DNA of 53,544 nucleotides, taken from a virus. Its lineage: Duplodnaviria; Caudoviricetes. The notes below the pieces were generated by a model, which saw nothing but the letters and a program-made list of their open reading frames with translations, searched no databases and was not told the origin of the DNA. Position 1 is the first letter of the stretch, and every line of letters begins with the position of its first letter. A program made the translations under genes and the position numbers. Location: IMG/VR virus record IMGVR_UViG_3300028025_005543, positions 1 to 53,544 of that record, one strand, 5' to 3'. Of this stretch, positions 9,470 through 18,949 are shown in pieces.

Positions 9470-12400
9470 TATTTTCCTTTTCTTGCTCTTTTGCCGGCCT
9501 TAGCCGCAGACTCAGTGTTTGGCACGAACTGTCGTCCCGCGCGTGAGCCTTCGACTTTCTTCCGATTTGTTGCTGCACGCTGCCCCGGAGTGAGTTTTTC
9601 CCACGCTGAGTCCGGGAGATAGCGGCGTGTGCCGCCGGGTCTTTCAGCTGGCTTTCCATCTGAGGTTCTCCAACGTTCTTTTGTCCACTTTTTGAGTGAG
9701 CGCTGCGTCTTTGAGGGCTTTCCTCGATAGCCGCCGCCTGCAGCTCGATATTTTTGTGCAACAAGTTGTGCTTTTCGAGCAGACCACTGTCCCGGCTTGC
9801 CGCCATCACTGCCGGCCATCACTTGGTTCTTGATACGTTCCCGGAGTGCTGGTTTCGTATAATTCATCGACTTTGTGAACTGTTCTGGCGCGTGTCTGGT
9901 GAAGTCCCGTACTGCAATCTCGGCCCATTGAGCTGATTTCACAGAAACAAGCTCTGGCACGTCGGCCATACGCCCGGAAGTCGAAAGAATTATGCCGCCG
10001 AAGTCCGGGTCTGGTTCATTGAGTGGGATAAAGCCCTTTGGTCGCCGCTTCATTCGACTTGCAACAGCTTCCCAAGCTTCACCCATACGTCCTATCATCT
10101 CTCTGCTCATCTGGGTAATTGCTTCAGTTCGTTCAGCGAGTGCTTCCTTCACGTTGGCAAAGATTTCCTTAGCGCGTTCTCTGTCAATGACTTGGTTAGC
10201 AACGAAGTCTTTGAGTAGGAAACCCATCATCTCGATGCCGCCAATGCGTAGTGCGTCCTCTAGTCCCGAGTCAACGAATGCAGCAAGGAGGTCCACTTGT
10301 TCCGTGTTTACCGGGACGTTGCCAAGTTGTTTAGCAATAGCCATCTTGCCGGCCATCTTTGACAATTTGATTCCAAACTTTACAACGTCTCGTACAGTCT
10401 TGTTCTTTTTGTACTTCTCCCAGTTCCTGTCAACGTCATCTACTACTTCGTCCCATTGGTCACGCAATTTACCCGTGAGGCGCGAGCGAATATCGGCCAA
10501 TGCATCAAGCGCTGCTTGCTTTCGATTTGCATCAGTAACTTTTGGACCGGCAGCTGCTCGTGTAGCAATGTCCCGTCCATCAAGCGGCTTCTCGACTGTT
10601 CCTCGACTTGCAAAGCCCGGTTCAGACGCGGCCTTTCTCTTAGTTTCTCCAATGTCAACCATTGTTGACTTCCACTCGGTGTGTTGTCCTTGCCACGTTG
10701 AGTGGTTGTATTTATGAATACCATCGGTCTTATCGGTATCAAGTAGTGTGCGCTTGACGGGACTACCAGTTCGACTGTCCTCCCGGTCTGCAGCTCGACG
10801 AATAGCAGCTTCGACTACTGCCCAAGCTGCTTCAGCATCTGCATCTGCGCTGTGCCAGTTAGTAAGTTCTACACCATAATGGTCTGCAAGCGCGCCAAGC
10901 CTGTTTGACTTAGGTCTATCAACGTCATTGTCCTCGTATAAGTGGTCGATAATACCCTTTGAGTCAATGAACCCGGCTGGCTTCCATCTGCCCTCTAGTC
11001 CCGTGCCTTTGAGTGCTTCTTCCATTACACGTTGGTCAAAGATTTGGTATTGGCCGCCCATAACTTTGTTTTCACCAATGAAGTCGAGTGCTTCTGCCAT
11101 AGCTTGTGCAATCGAAGGCTGCTGCTGCAACCACTCGTCAGTCAACGGGACTTCTATGCCGTTCTCGTCGGTACGTTTGAGATTATCTTTCGACCAACCA
11201 CCAAGCGGCTGCCCCGGATTGATGTACATATTCTTTCTTTCGACGACTTTGCCATCGACTACTCGAATAATTCCCATTTGCACCGGCTTGCCGCCGTTTG
11301 TCATAATGCCGTTTTCGTCTTGTTCGATACCCGTAGTCTCAAAATCGAAGAATACAAGTTCTCCTTGCGTAAGCCGCTCGTAAACTTGTCGAAATGACGT
11401 AGCTCCCTCGAATATGTCTGCTGCTTTCCCGGTGTATGGGGCTACAGGCTCACGCGGCTCTTTAGGCGGCTCGACTGTTACTGCGTCCTTGCCAGTCCCG
11501 ATAATTGTGGCTGCTTCCATTCGGTCAACCCGGAATGTGCGGCCTGCACCACGTGTCTTGTCGAAGCCCTCGACATACGTTATTCCATCTTTTTCGTAAA
11601 TATTCTTTACTTCGACTCGACGTAGCGCGCCGTTGTACATAAAAGTTGCAGTTTTATTGTCATCTTTGCTGCGTTGTAGCTGCTCTTTGACTGCGCTAAT
11701 CCCGGCTGGAGTTGTGACATCGACCTTTTCCAACGGGACTTCGTTGTCTCCTCGTGAAGCAAAGCCGCGCACTTCGACTTTACGTACAGTTTTAGTCTTT
11801 CCCTCCGGGCGTCGAGCATTAGGGAAGTACTCTTTTACGTAGTTTGTGAGTTCTGACTCGATTTGTTCTGCGTCGTATCCGGGGTCAATATTCATTACGG
11901 TCATTTTTGGTAGGCCGTTACTATCCTCGACTACAGATACCCGTGCAACACCTTTTCCTCTTTGTCGAACAACGAAAGTATTTGTTGTCGAGTCAACATG
12001 GTAAAGCTCTAATTTTTCACCATCTGCTGTCTCGAAGTAACGCGGCTTTAGTTTCTTGAAGCCTCGACGTTGTTTCGTATCAGCAATAGTTTGTGCTGGG
12101 ACGCTTGTGTCGATTGCGCCGCGTGAAGCAAAGCCTCGAGGTACTTCTGGTTGTGGAGTGAAGTCCCGAATCCACGGCACTCGACGGTCTTTCTTGCCGC
12201 CGGGAGCATCGAACTCCGGGACATCAAGGAAGTCATAGGCCGCATCTTGCAGCGGCTTGTTCATTACGTCAAATACGTGTGGATTACCTGAAAGGATTGC
12301 GCTAATCGACTCAGCTATCAACTCATCAGCGTTGTAGTTTCCATACGTTGTATCAATGGTAGGAAGTACATCGCTAGTCCAAGTAGGGTTCTCTCGTCGA

Positions 12401-15400
12401 AGTCTTAGCCCTGTTGCTACATCTCCTGAGTGCAGTAGATTCCAAGCTTTAGCAATACGTGAGTCCTTATCGATTGTGCCGCGCTTTAGTCCAATTTCGA
12501 TTTGGTTATCGAGGAAGTGTGCGTACTCGTGTAGGAAGATGGATTCGGGACTTTCGTCGAGTACAAGTAGGTCACCTGCTTTTGGTACGTGGCCGAGATT
12601 GACACGTCGACCTTCATCGAGGTTCTTTACTACTCGCGTACCCGGAAATATCTGAACATTGCCAGTTCCGGGAAAGAAAGCGGCCCCAAATGGGAAGTTA
12701 TCGTTCTTTAGGAAAGGGCCGATTAGCTTATCGAGCTCTGCCGGGTTATCAAGTATTTCCTCAACTGCCTTGCTAACTCTCCCCATCTGAAAGCCGCCAA
12801 TGAGTGAGGAAGTATCAACATCTTTAGCCAAAGCGTGCATCAACAACATACGGTTGCGTGAGCGTTCGCTACCCATCACCAGTGGTGGTAAGCCAAACTT
12901 CTCTGCATAGTGACGTAAAGCCGGCGAAGAATCAAGCGAGTCCCGAAGAATTTGTTGTGCTTTTGCCACTGCTTCTGGAGATAGGTCTGGTGGGTGGTGC
13001 TTTACTATCTTGTTTACGTGAGCAACCAATGGCGCAATCCAAGTTCGACGTGCCTTGATATTGTCAAGGTCTTTCATATCAATGAGCTTGCGAATGTCAC
13101 CAATCTTTAGTCCTGCATCAATGAACATTTGCTCTAGACCAGCATCTTGGATAGTCTGGTCAAAGGTCATCATTATGTATTCCTCACGCGTGGTGGGTAC
13201 GGCGTAAGCAATCTTTTGTTCGGTACTCGTGTTAGCAAAAAGTTCAGAACGCTTGACTGTTGCTTCCTCTCTGAACGGCCCCCAGCCGGTCTTTGTCGAG
13301 CGGCCATCAAGGAAAGGTATGACTTCCTCTTTTTCTACCTCTGGAGTCCCGTCTCTTGAGGCAAATCCAACGTTGAGCTGCTCTACGCTATCTTGTGCAG
13401 GGTCATTGCCGAAAACAATGTCCATTGCAGTCCTCATACCCGGAGAAAGCAACGCTTGTTCGTCTTCGTATGGAGACGTGTATGCAGAATAGGCTTCAGC
13501 GAACATCTCTCTAGGTTCAGTCCACCCATACATCGAGTTCACTTCAGGGTAGTCGGGACTCCGGAGTTTTGTCTTTCTGTTGTCGTATTGCTCCTTCCAT
13601 TGCGGCCAATCGAGCATCTCAAAGAATTCTTCCCAAGTATCAGCCATAAACGCACGAGTAACTCTGTAAGCTTCGCCATCCATCCCTTGCGATGCATACA
13701 AGTCGTTCATTAGCTTGTGGTGAAGGAAGTGACCGTATTCGTGACGAACTGTTCCATCACCATCACCATCAGCGTGGGTCCACTCAATTCCTTTTGGTGC
13801 CTTCGTGACCCACTGTGCGTACCTTGACAGAAGTCGGCTCATTCTTGAAGGTTTTCCAAATCCGACAAGTGGTTCTCTTTGGTTGAGACGAATTTCGCCG
13901 AGATAATCAGGTGGATATATAATTAGTCCAGTTGCCCCATTTGTTCCGGGCAGGTGAGCACCATTGAAGCCATCGAGGCCGAGTTCTTTCAATCTTTCTA
14001 AGCCTTTTTCTGAAAGCACTAACGTTGGTGGCGCACCATACATTTGGTGGTGACGTAAAAAAGCTGGTTGGTTTTCGAGTATTTGTTGTAGTCCTACTTT
14101 TAGTAGCGCTGCATCTTGGAAGTCAAAAAACTCTGCAAGTTCATCAAGCTCAAGTCTTTCCTGTTTACCATCTTCGTCTCTAGTCCCGAAATATCGTTGA
14201 AAAAATAAACGTAGTTCTTCTTCTTTTACGAGTTTTGGGTCATCAGGATTTTTGTAATCAGACATCATTCGGTTGAATAATTCATCAAAGTCGCTTGGCA
14301 CTAGTTCATCAGCAATTTCAGAAGCATTCAGGTTTTTGTAGACTGGATGCCACTTATCCTTGTTTCCTGCTGGGGTAAGTACATCAGCACCTCTAGAAGC
14401 AAAGCCTTGTATTTCTACTCTTGCTTGAGGTGTGTGCGACTGCCTCTCTTGTAGTTGTTCCACAAGTCCTGCATTTTGGTCTAGTTCCATCAGTTCAGAG
14501 ATAATGCCTTTTAGGCCACTACTTACTAAGTCATCATCATCTTGTTCAGGGGAGAGTATGGCACTCATTGCCTCTGCGAACTGTTCTACTGGAGAAGTCT
14601 CACCATATACGGTGCGAACAAAGGGCATATCGTCTGGTAGTTCACCTCTATCAAAGAAGGCAGTATCCCACTCAGGCTTACCAAATAGTCCATTGAATAT
14701 GTCGCCTGCTTTACCAAAGGTCTTTAGGCCATTGTTAGTCCATTCGTGAGAGTTGATATATCTTGCAAGGTTCTTTAGCCTGCTGTCACCACTATCCTTG
14801 TGTATGTCACCTAGTGTTCTACCTACGTGGTGACCAAATTCGTGGAGCATTGTGTGTCGTAAGCCTTCTTGTACGACCCACCTTCTGGAGTTCTTGTGAC
14901 CACCTGATTGGTGCTGTGGTGTGAGGCGAGCAAGTATCTTGCCTAAGGTGACATTGCTAAGCTTTCTTACAATGTTGTTCTGCTTTACGCCATCTTGTGA
15001 GAAGCCAATACCAAAGTCGCTTGAGTAGATACCTTGAAAGCTTGCTGCCACATCTTTACTGAATACGAACATAGGTGGCATACCAAACTCATCTACCAAT
15101 TGTCTGAACTGTGGTGAACTATCTAGGTTCTTGGCAAGGGTTTCTCGTACTGCTCTTATCTTGGTAGGTGAGAAGTCAAAGGGTATATCGTTACCCATAT
15201 CCTTACCCGTGAGCTCTTTTATTTGTTCTTGTATATAGGCAATAACTGCTTCTCTGTCTACTGTTCCACGTTTGTTACGAAATGGATTAGCAGTGAGGTA
15301 TGCAACGGCTTGCTCTGCGAACTGTGCCATCAGTCCTTCTAGTGTGTCTGGTACTACACTCTCTACTATCTCTGCATTAGACATACCTTTATGTCTGTTG

Positions 15401-15636
15401 CGATGGACTTGCTTCTTGTTATCAGCAATTGCCTTGCCTGCTTCTAATGCTTTTTTTGTTTTCTCAATGGCAGCATCTATTGCACCAATGACTGCAGGTC
15501 GTTCAAATGGTGTGTTGTCTTGCACCATACCATCGCCATCACCATCTATTGCATTGGCATCAAATGATTGGTTGAGTGCTTTTCGATTGTAACGATTGAG
15601 TTCAGTTACATCAGCGACATAAGACAAGTTATTCAT
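9469..15636 (-). CDS. ~2055-aa polyvalent protein: three zincin-like peptidases, WYL-like domain, DEDDh exonuclease, C-terminal DUF5872-like domain
   Basis: HEFGH, HEYGH, HEYAH each followed by YG...E.(F/I)AE; FMYNGALRRVE...RTFRVDRME; VFFDFETTG...HSADADAEA; GGKPGQWSARKAQL; five GFASR motifs; start placed at MNNLSY. Confidence 0.85.
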   Translation of the reverse strand: MNNLSYVADVTELNRYNRKALNQSFDANAIDGDGDGMVQDNTPFERPAVIGAIDAAIEKTKKALEAGKAIADNKKQVHRNRHKGMSNAEIVESVVPDTLEGLMAQFAEQAVAYLTANPFRNKRGTVDREAVIAYIQEQIKELTGKDMGNDIPFDFSPTKIRAVRETLAKNLDSSPQFRQLVDEFGMPPMFVFSKDVAASFQGIYSSDFGIGFSQDGVKQNNIVRKLSNVTLGKILARLTPQHQSGGHKNSRRWVVQEGLRHTMLHEFGHHVGRTLGDIHKDSGDSRLKNLARYINSHEWTNNGLKTFGKAGDIFNGLFGKPEWDTAFFDRGELPDDMPFVRTVYGETSPVEQFAEAMSAILSPEQDDDDLVSSGLKGIISELMELDQNAGLVEQLQERQSHTPQARVEIQGFASRGADVLTPAGNKDKWHPVYKNLNASEIADELVPSDFDELFNRMMSDYKNPDDPKLVKEEELRLFFQRYFGTRDEDGKQERLELDELAEFFDFQDAALLKVGLQQILENQPAFLRHHQMYGAPPTLVLSEKGLERLKELGLDGFNGAHLPGTNGATGLIIYPPDYLGEIRLNQREPLVGFGKPSRMSRLLSRYAQWVTKAPKGIEWTHADGDGDGTVRHEYGHFLHHKLMNDLYASQGMDGEAYRVTRAFMADTWEEFFEMLDWPQWKEQYDNRKTKLRSPDYPEVNSMYGWTEPREMFAEAYSAYTSPYEDEQALLSPGMRTAMDIVFGNDPAQDSVEQLNVGFASRDGTPEVEKEEVIPFLDGRSTKTGWGPFREEATVKRSELFANTSTEQKIAYAVPTTREEYIMMTFDQTIQDAGLEQMFIDAGLKIGDIRKLIDMKDLDNIKARRTWIAPLVAHVNKIVKHHPPDLSPEAVAKAQQILRDSLDSSPALRHYAEKFGLPPLVMGSERSRNRMLLMHALAKDVDTSSLIGGFQMGRVSKAVEEILDNPAELDKLIGPFLKNDNFPFGAAFFPGTGNVQIFPGTRVVKNLDEGRRVNLGHVPKAGDLLVLDESPESIFLHEYAHFLDNQIEIGLKRGTIDKDSRIAKAWNLLHSGDVATGLRLRRENPTWTSDVLPTIDTTYGNYNADELIAESISAILSGNPHVFDVMNKPLQDAAYDFLDVPEFDAPGGKKDRRVPWIRDFTPQPEVPRGFASRGAIDTSVPAQTIADTKQRRGFKKLKPRYFETADGEKLELYHVDSTTNTFVVRQRGKGVARVSVVEDSNGLPKMTVMNIDPGYDAEQIESELTNYVKEYFPNARRPEGKTKTVRKVEVRGFASRGDNEVPLEKVDVTTPAGISAVKEQLQRSKDDNKTATFMYNGALRRVEVKNIYEKDGITYVEGFDKTRGAGRTFRVDRMEAATIIGTGKDAVTVEPPKEPREPVAPYTGKAADIFEGATSFRQVYERLTQGELVFFDFETTGIEQDENGIMTNGGKPVQMGIIRVVDGKVVERKNMYINPGQPLGGWSKDNLKRTDENGIEVPLTDEWLQQQPSIAQAMAEALDFIGENKVMGGQYQIFDQRVMEEALKGTGLEGRWKPAGFIDSKGIIDHLYEDNDVDRPKSNRLGALADHYGVELTNWHSADADAEAAWAVVEAAIRRAADREDSRTGSPVKRTLLDTDKTDGIHKYNHSTWQGQHTEWKSTMVDIGETKRKAASEPGFASRGTVEKPLDGRDIATRAAAGPKVTDANRKQAALDALADIRSRLTGKLRDQWDEVVDDVDRNWEKYKKNKTVRDVVKFGIKLSKMAGKMAIAKQLGNVPVNTEQVDLLAAFVDSGLEDALRIGGIEMMGFLLKDFVANQVIDRERAKEIFANVKEALAERTEAITQMSREMIGRMGEAWEAVASRMKRRPKGFIPLNEPDPDFGGIILSTSGRMADVPELVSVKSAQWAEIAVRDFTRHAPEQFTKSMNYTKPALRERIKNQVMAGSDGGKPGQWSARKAQLVAQKYRAAGGGYRGKPSKTQRSLKKWTKERWRTSDGKPAERPGGTRRYLPDSAWEKLTPGQRAATNRKKVEGSRAGRQFVPNTESAAKAGKRARKGK

Positions 15637-15960
15637 TGTCTGTCTATTGTAAAGTAAGGGTATGAGGGGGTATAGCAACTAAGGGGTATTGGGTATGGTA
15701 TCCGGTTAGATACAGACTAAATAGTCCCGATTTTGCATCACATTGCGATACGAAGTGAATTGTGTGAGTGCAGTTACTTATTGAGCTATTAGTCGTGTTG
15801 TGCTAGGGTGTGCAACCAAATACGTTGTCATATAGACAAGTCCGTATCCGGGTTACCTGTAGAGGTGCTTACGGGACTTTTTTGAACGACCTTATGCATG
15901 CGCGCCCCCTCTGTGCCAAAAAATAAGGGTGGCAGAATCCTGATTAGATTTATCCGTTTC

Positions 15961-16752
15961 CTACAGGGTTGTGGTGATGACATTCCCATTTCGCTGGTCT
16001 GGTGGTGGTAGTTCCTTTACCACTAGGGCTCTCTGTAGCCATCTATCAGTTCCATCGTATCTTGGCTGGAAAGGTGCTCTCCCATGTACACAAGTGTGGT
16101 TGTTGATAACCAAGATGTCTCCAGTCATGAGAGCAATCTTTCGTGTAGCAAGTTTGATTGCTTTGTCTAGATGCTCTAAAGCAAGTACTGCTTGTGGAGT
16201 TGTTCCCTTCATCAGGGTTTTGTCGTAAATAAGCGAATTTCCATTGAGGACAGAAGTAGTGATTGTCCTATCTGGTTGTTCGTCATTTTGGAAGGAGATG
16301 TCTAGGGAGGTAGTGAAGATTTTCTCTCTAAGAATTTCTTTGATGCCGCCGCTGAGATTTCTTAAAATATTGGAAATCGTTGCAATCGTGGTAAAAGCAT
16401 CTGGGTCGCCCCTTAGACACATCAGCAAAACATAGTCAGGTCGATAAGGATGGAAAGCAGTCTCAGTATGGAGTTCTAATTGTGCTTTAGAAGACGTGGA
16501 AATCTGTTGGTATTCAGTCTTATGGTTAGGCACAAGATTCTGAATCATCATTCCGTTTTGTTCCTGCTTGTAGCCAATTAAATGTCCAAATAGCGCCGCT
16601 TTTTCTCGGAGAATATTTGTTTCAGGCAGAATGACATTCTGTGGCGTGAGTGGAGTTGGTGGCACGTCATCACCGGTGAATTGGTAGGGGTACAACTCAT
16701 ACTCAAACACGTGGAATTGATTTAGATTTAACTGAGGGGCTCTGAATATCAT
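15961..16752 (-). CDS. Fe(II)/2-oxoglutarate dioxygenase, clavaminate synthase/AsnO (TauD) family
   Basis: LELHTETAFHPYRPDYVLLMCLRGDP (HxE) and HGRAPFQPRYDGTDRWLQR. Confidence 0.9.
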   Translation of the reverse strand: MIFRAPQLNLNQFHVFEYELYPYQFTGDDVPPTPLTPQNVILPETNILREKAALFGHLIGYKQEQNGMMIQNLVPNHKTEYQQISTSSKAQLELHTETAFHPYRPDYVLLMCLRGDPDAFTTIATISNILRNLSGGIKEILREKIFTTSLDISFQNDEQPDRTITTSVLNGNSLIYDKTLMKGTTPQAVLALEHLDKAIKLATRKIALMTGDILVINNHTCVHGRAPFQPRYDGTDRWLQRALVVKELPPPDQRNGNVITTTL

Positions 16753-17016
16753 AAAATCGTTTCTATTTCTGTTTAGATTTATCCATTATTAATAGATACT
16801 AGTCCCTCTTAGACCACGCTGACAGCAAAGGTAATACAAGGAATAAAATGCAGGGAATCAACTGTCGCAATAGCTCGCCTCTCATGGGCGCAGGGAAATC
16901 TGCGAAGTAAAACTATACTACATTTAATATTAAAAGCGATAATTCCGTGCAGGGTCACAGCCCACGCTTAACGGAGTTACCGCATCCTCGACCAGGATGG
17001 GGATAAGGTAGCAGAG

Positions 17017-17262
17017 ATGAGCACAAACTTCAATTCCAGAGAACTCTATCCATTGGTAGTTCGTCAGTCTCGGTATTCAGGCGTGTACGAGGGCGGCGAA
17101 TGGATTGCTATCCCAAATTACGATGAGTCGGATGAAGCATTGGCTGATTATTTACATGGAGATGATGAGTACTTTTACATTTGGGCAGAACAGACAACAT
17201 TTGGTGCTGGTTCAACGCCATCTTCGGCTCTTGCTGACCTCTATGAGAAGTTGAACTACTAA
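17017..17262 (+). CDS. Acidic hypothetical protein
   Basis: 81-aa ORF; TAAGGT-7 nt-ATG. Confidence 0.75.
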   Translation: MSTNFNSRELYPLVVRQSRYSGVYEGGEWIAIPNYDESDEALADYLHGDDEYFYIWAEQTTFGAGSTPSSALADLYEKLNY

Positions 17263-17349
17263 TCTCAATACACGATTAGATATATCTATTTTAGAGATAC
17301 TTATGATTGTTGTATCTCATTGTTAGATTGCGATGTCATACTCATTGCC

Positions 17350-17508
17350 ATGGAATTCATCTTATTTTTCGTAATTGCACTTGGCATCATTGGTTCACTT
17401 CATGCATTTGTCATGAGGTCTGTGGAGAGCTTTGAGGGTTATGGTTCACAGAACACTCGTCAAGAGTGGCGTGAATTTGAGCGCCTCAAGAACGGCGCCC
17501 GTTTCTAA
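17350..17508 (+). CDS. Small membrane protein
   Basis: MEFILFFVIALGIIGSLHAF N-terminal TM segment. Confidence 0.65.
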   Translation: MEFILFFVIALGIIGSLHAFVMRSVESFEGYGSQNTRQEWREFERLKNGARF

Positions 17509-17652
17509 TTATTCCCACATATCCTTATTGGGTGGCTGAATATCTTTTCGTATTTTAATTAGGCGAGATATTCCAGCTGCAGTAACCAATGGAAGCAGTA
17601 AGAAAAACGTGATTAATTTAACCGTTTCTTCAGTACGAGATTCGTTGCTCAT
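17509..17652 (-). CDS. 47-aa membrane peptide (not in the ORF track)
   Basis: MSNESRTEETVKLITFFLLLPLVTAAGISRLIKIRK...; stop abuts the convergent gene. Confidence 0.5.
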   Translation of the reverse strand: MSNESRTEETVKLITFFLLLPLVTAAGISRLIKIRKDIQPPNKDMWE

Positions 17653-17689
17653 TTTGCTTCCCTAAATGATTTGTGCATGAATAATGGTA

Positions 17690-18328
17690 TCACCGAACCC
17701 ATATACCCAACCTCTCTGACTCAGTGCCTTCATCACTAATAAACCTGTAACCATCTCTAATTAAATGGGTGTACTGGAAGTTGATGTCAAAATGCTCTGG
17801 GTGTTCGTCCTTCCAAACTGGAATCATTGATGAGTTCCCATGGGAGAAATCAGCATTGCCACGAAGGTGGATTTCGATGAGCTTCCCATCAATGAATTCA
17901 CAGTTTATCTTGCTATATCTAAGCGGAATAAACCCTAGGAACTGTGGCAATGGATATGTCTTTTCGGTCTTTTCCCAATAGGTGAACCTACTGTATGGGT
18001 GTTGCTTGTGTTTTGTGCCAACCACTGAAAGAATCGGTTCATATTTGACGTAATCAATGCTTAGATGCTCACCAGTAAATATCTCACACCAGAATTCACT
18101 TGGATGGAGATGCAGGGTTTCGTGTTCAATGTATTCCACCCGTGCTTTTTCGCCCATCCCCTCAATATTGATAATTGGTCTAACAAAATAATTGCCCGGT
18201 TTTGGCACTGGTATTCCACGCGGCCCACACAGATGACCTGATTTTTTAGCGATGATTAATTTATCAAAAATCCAGAGGTCATCTAATGCACAGTTTTGCC
18301 ATGCAATCATTTCTGGAGATAAATCCAT
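17690..18328 (-). CDS. Conserved phage protein, ATP-grasp-like
   Basis: WIFDKL...CGPRGIPVP...YFVRP..N..GMG...FWCE.FTGEH.S.DY...INCEFIDGKLIEIHLR. Confidence 0.65.
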   Translation of the reverse strand: MDLSPEMIAWQNCALDDLWIFDKLIIAKKSGHLCGPRGIPVPKPGNYFVRPIINIEGMGEKARVEYIEHETLHLHPSEFWCEIFTGEHLSIDYVKYEPILSVVGTKHKQHPYSRFTYWEKTEKTYPLPQFLGFIPLRYSKINCEFIDGKLIEIHLRGNADFSHGNSSMIPVWKDEHPEHFDINFQYTHLIRDGYRFISDEGTESERLGIWVR

Positions 18329-18331
18329 TAT

Positions 18332-18613
18332 TTACTCTTCGCTGTCTGGAATTCCGTTCCCGTTTTTGTCTTCTGCATTGCGACCAGTTGAAATCATCAA
18401 ACCAGCGAGTGTTCCAGTAATAAATGTTGCAACTGAAGAGAGAACACTAAAGAACATCTTGTCGTTTTCTGCCTGAGCTCCAATTGGCTGTGTTACGAAT
18501 ACAAGTGCATATAGAACTCCAACTGTGGTAAGTGTTAGAACTCCTGCGAGTACACATCCAACAACGAACTTGAGTCGTGCGTCTAGGTCTTGTGGTGTAA
18601 GGCGATTTTTCAT
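18332..18613 (-). CDS. Two-TM membrane protein (holin-like)
   Basis: Two hydrophobic helices and a charged C-terminus; ATGA overlap. Confidence 0.65.
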   Translation of the reverse strand: MKNRLTPQDLDARLKFVVGCVLAGVLTLTTVGVLYALVFVTQPIGAQAENDKMFFSVLSSVATFITGTLAGLMISTGRNAEDKNGNGIPDSEE

Positions 18614-18846
18614 GGCGCGACCGTCTCCTCTACTGGAACTATTTCTATTGTTGTTTCTGTTGGATTGAAACCGAGCAAAGCTTCCGTGCAGTTTCCATCT
18701 ACCATGCATGTTGGGGGGTTGCATTCTTTTGTCTCCCAATTTTCAGGGTCTTGGCATGAATATCTGTAGTGGCCGTCATAACCACAGGCTGAAACTACAA
18801 TCAGCATGAATGGAAGCAGTTTGATTAATCGTGTTGACTTGTACAT
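18610..18846 (-). CDS. Small Cys-rich lipoprotein
   Basis: Lipobox IVVSA-C; YRYSCQDPENW...CNPPTC...C. Confidence 0.7.
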   Translation of the reverse strand: MYKSTRLIKLLPFMLIVVSACGYDGHYRYSCQDPENWETKECNPPTCMVDGNCTEALLGFNPTETTIEIVPVEETVAP

Positions 18847-18949
18847 GCACTGTAACCCATTAATTCGTTGCAAGTACAACCGTTCAAGCATGAAGTTTCA
18901 CATTCGCAGTACAAGCATTTGCACTCAGACTTTTCGTGATTTTGATGCA

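Noticed and set aside
16860-16990. tRNA, SRP RNA or a known riboswitch
   Set aside because: No cloverleaf or recognisable consensus; kept only as an unassigned structured-RNA candidate
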